Assembly: GCA_964187785.1 (NCBI GenBank)
Contig: OZ076412.1
Coordinates: 25,048,001-25,112,000, forward strand
Reading direction: 5' to 3'
DNA length: 64,000 nucleotides
DNA from: Amphiscolops sp. MND2022
Lineage: Eukaryota
This document shows, in pieces, positions 61,452 to 64,000 of this stretch. Under the pieces are notes generated by a model. It did not search any database. It saw nothing but the letters and a program-made list of their open reading frames with translations, and was not told where the DNA came from. The translations under genes and the position numbers were made by a program. Position 1 is the stretch's first letter. Each line of letters opens with the position of its first letter.

Positions 61452-61736
61452 CACAGAGGCGAAGCGGTGCTTCGCAACACATGACGAAGACGATTATTTT
61501 AATATGCGTATATATATTATTTTAATCGCATGCGTATATATTCTACAGTTCAACTTTGTTCAATAACGTCCCTATGGCACAGTGGTCAACACATATGCCG
61601 TGCAATCGGGAGGCTGCAGGTTCGAATCTCTCTGGGGTTTTGGCTTTATTCTAAAAAGCGCTCATTATGAAGTTGACTATTGTGGAAAAAAAACTTTCTT
61701 AGCTGGACTGCAATGCACATTGACTTCGTCATGTGC
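61452..61736 (-). mobile_element. 285-bp second Helentron-like element (HINE-B) nested in HINE-A
   Basis: 12-bp inverted repeats CACATGACGAAG (61478) / CTTCGTCATGTG (61724); stem-loop GCGAAGC-GGT-GCTTCGC; interrupts AAAAATGTA|AAAAGGGGGACCC without TSD. Confidence 0.7.
61570..61640 (+). ncRNA. tRNA-like Pol III promoter segment (degenerate, not a functional tRNA)
   Basis: A-box TGGCACAGTGG 61575-61585 and B-box GGTTCGAATCT 61619-61629, 33 nt apart; anticodon stem does not pair. Confidence 0.55.
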
Positions 61737-64000
61737 AAAAAGGGGGGACCCTTCTGGATTTATTAACAAACATTCCGTTGCAAAGTATCAAAAAACTCAA
61801 AGGGGGACCCTTTGGGGACATTAAAAAATTTTCGAAAAAAAGTCGCACAGTGCCGAAAAAAATCCAAAGGGGGGACCCTTGAGGCACGTCCGGTTTTGTA
61901 TGTTTCCTTGAAAAAGTAAAAAATGAAAGGGGGGACCCTTTGGAGTAAAGTTTGCCTTGGGCGGACTTGGCCTCAGGTGCTCTGCTCAGGATTGTAAAAA
62001 GTGGACCGATCAGTGTGAGGATTGTAGTCTGAAAAAAAGGTCACTGCTATAGTCGGGCATTTTTCCCTTAAGGGAAAAGCGACGACTAAAAACACCCTTT
62101 GGTCTCGTTCGGTTTTGTATGTTAAGATTAAAAAGGAAACAAGACGGGAACGTCTAAAGTTGGCACTATATCTAAGCCTCAAGAAGCGCAAAGTTTTCTA
62201 AATATACTCAGGACGTATTCATGAAAAGCTTTGAAAACACTTTCGAGACACCCAAAGTGTGCCTTTCATGCTCGATATGACTGGAAAATCACTGTTTCCC
62301 GACTGGGAACGAAATTTTAAAAATTTTTTGAAAAATTTTTTTTTGAAAAAAAACTTCGAAAATGTCGCATAGTGCCGAAAAATGAAAAGGGGGACCCTTT
62401 GGGATTCATTAACATACATTCTGTTGCAAAATATCAAAAAACTCGAAGCGGGGATTCTTTTGAGACCTTAAAAAATTTTTGAAAAAAATTTTGCACAAAG
62501 CCGAAAAAAATTGAAAGGGGGGACCCTTTGCTCTCTTCCGGTTTTGTAGGTTACGTAAAAAAGGTAAAAAATGAAAGGGGGGCCCTTTGCACTAAGTTTC
62601 CATTGGCCTGACTTGGCCTGAGTAGTCTTATCAGTTTCTGTAAAAAGTGGTACATACGCGATGAGCTCTGTGGTCTGACGAAAAAAAAAAGAAAACAAGA
62701 CGGGAACGTCTAAAGTCGGCGCTATATCTAAGGCTCAAAAAGCGCAGAGTTTTCTAAATATGCCCAGATGTATTCATGAAAAGCTTTGAAAACACTTTCG
62801 AGACACCCAAAGTGTGCCTTTCATGCTCGATATGACTGGAAAATCACTTTTCCCGACTGGAAACAAAAAAAATTTTGAACATTTTTTCAAAAAAACTTTT
62901 TTAATTTTTTTGAAAAAAACTTCGAAAACGTCGCATAGTGCCGAAAAATGAAAAGGGGGACCCTTTGGGATTCATTAACATACATTCTGTTGCAAAATAT
63001 CAAAAAACTCGAAGCGGGGATTCTTTTGAGACCTTAAAAAATTTTCGAAAAAAATTCGCACAGTGCCGAAAAAAAATTGAAAGGGGGGACCCTTTGGAGT
63101 CTTCCGGTTTTGTAGGTTACGTAAAAAAGGTAAAAAACGAAAGGGGAGACCCTTTGCAGTAAGTTTGCATTGGTGGAACTTGGTCTGAGTGAACTTATCA
63201 GTTTCTGTAAAAAGTGGTACATACGCGATGAGCTCTGTGGTCTGACGAAAAAAAAACTAGCCACTGTAATAGTCGGGCTTTTTTCCTTAAAGGAAAATGC
63301 GCCGACTAAAAAACTAGCCACTGTAATAGTCGGGCTTTTTTCCTTAAAGGAAAAGGCGCCGACTAAAACTGAAAGAGGACCCTTTGCACTAAGGTAGATG
63401 CGTTTCCGTTGTCCGGACTTGGCGGTCTAGTAGTTTAGTTATTTTAGTAGTTTCTGTAAAAAGTGGACCTTTCAGTGTGAGGTCTGTAGTCAGGAGAAAA
63501 CAAAAGAAAACGAGAACGTCTAAAGTCGGCGCTATATCTAAGGCTCAAAAAGCGCAAAACAATTTTTTTGCGACAAACTTGAAATTTTCGAAAATTTTTT
63601 TCTTTCGGAAAATGTCGCACAGTGCCAAGGAATGTAAAAGAGGGGACCCTTTTTGATTCATAAACATGCATTCTGTTGCAAAATAACAAAAACCTCAAAT
63701 TTTCGAAAAAAAAGTCGCACAGTGCCGAAAAAAAAGAAAAGGGGGGACCCTTTAGTCTCGGCCGATTTCGTAGGTTACGTTAAAAAAGTAAAAAATGAAA
63801 GGGGGACCCTTTGGAGACAAAAAAAATTTCGAAAAAAAGTCGCACAGTGCCGAAAAAAAAATCGAAAGGGGGGACTCTTTAGTCCCGTCCGGTTTTGTAG
63901 GTAACCTTGAAAAAGTAAACAAGCCGGGAACGCCCCAAGTCGGCGCCATATCTAAGGCTCAAAAAGACTCGAAAACCACTTTTTCTACAACTGGAGACAA

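Larger units (their letters stand above)
60514..64000 (-). mobile_element. Head-to-tail cluster of HINE-A copies
   Basis: Terminal modules at 60514, 60806, 61319, 62138, 62694, ~63505 and 63918; end hairpins at 62050, 63270 and 63327. Confidence 0.75.

Noticed and set aside
61570-61640. Functional tRNA gene
   Set aside because: The acceptor and anticodon stems do not pair properly; kept only as a Pol III promoter-like relic
36384-64000. CRISPR-like or prokaryotic repeat array reading of the GGGGGACCCTTT modules and the 94-bp repeats
   Set aside because: No constant repeat with unique spacers and no cas genes; the context is eukaryotic

Overview
AT-rich, intron-containing eukaryotic DNA (most likely a repeat-rich invertebrate; the taxon cannot be determined from sequence alone). 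There are no operons, rRNA or CRISPR arrays. Contents: (i) two Ty3/Gypsy LTR retrotransposons, a near-intact 6.07-kb copy (45895-51961; 198/199-bp LTRs, TAGTC TSD, RT motif WLDD) and an older three-LTR composite (9117-16490); (ii) a dominant modular repeat (about 18 termini) with the architecture of non-autonomous Helentrons (DINE-1/HINE-like), including a filled/empty site pair, plus a second 285-bp family of the same design that carries a tRNA-like Pol III promoter; (iii) a ~2.15-kb tandem array (36.1-45.0 kb) with a copy-number-variable 94-bp subrepeat, and a 1170-bp tandem duplication; (iv) a 5'-truncated LINE, tRNA-derived SINE-like copies, a Tc1/mariner-type MITE and a perfect 72-bp palindrome; (v) phase-compatible exons of two unidentified minus-strand host genes. 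Most short ORFs in the supplied track are artefacts of these repeats. All alignments were done by eye, so identities are approximate.
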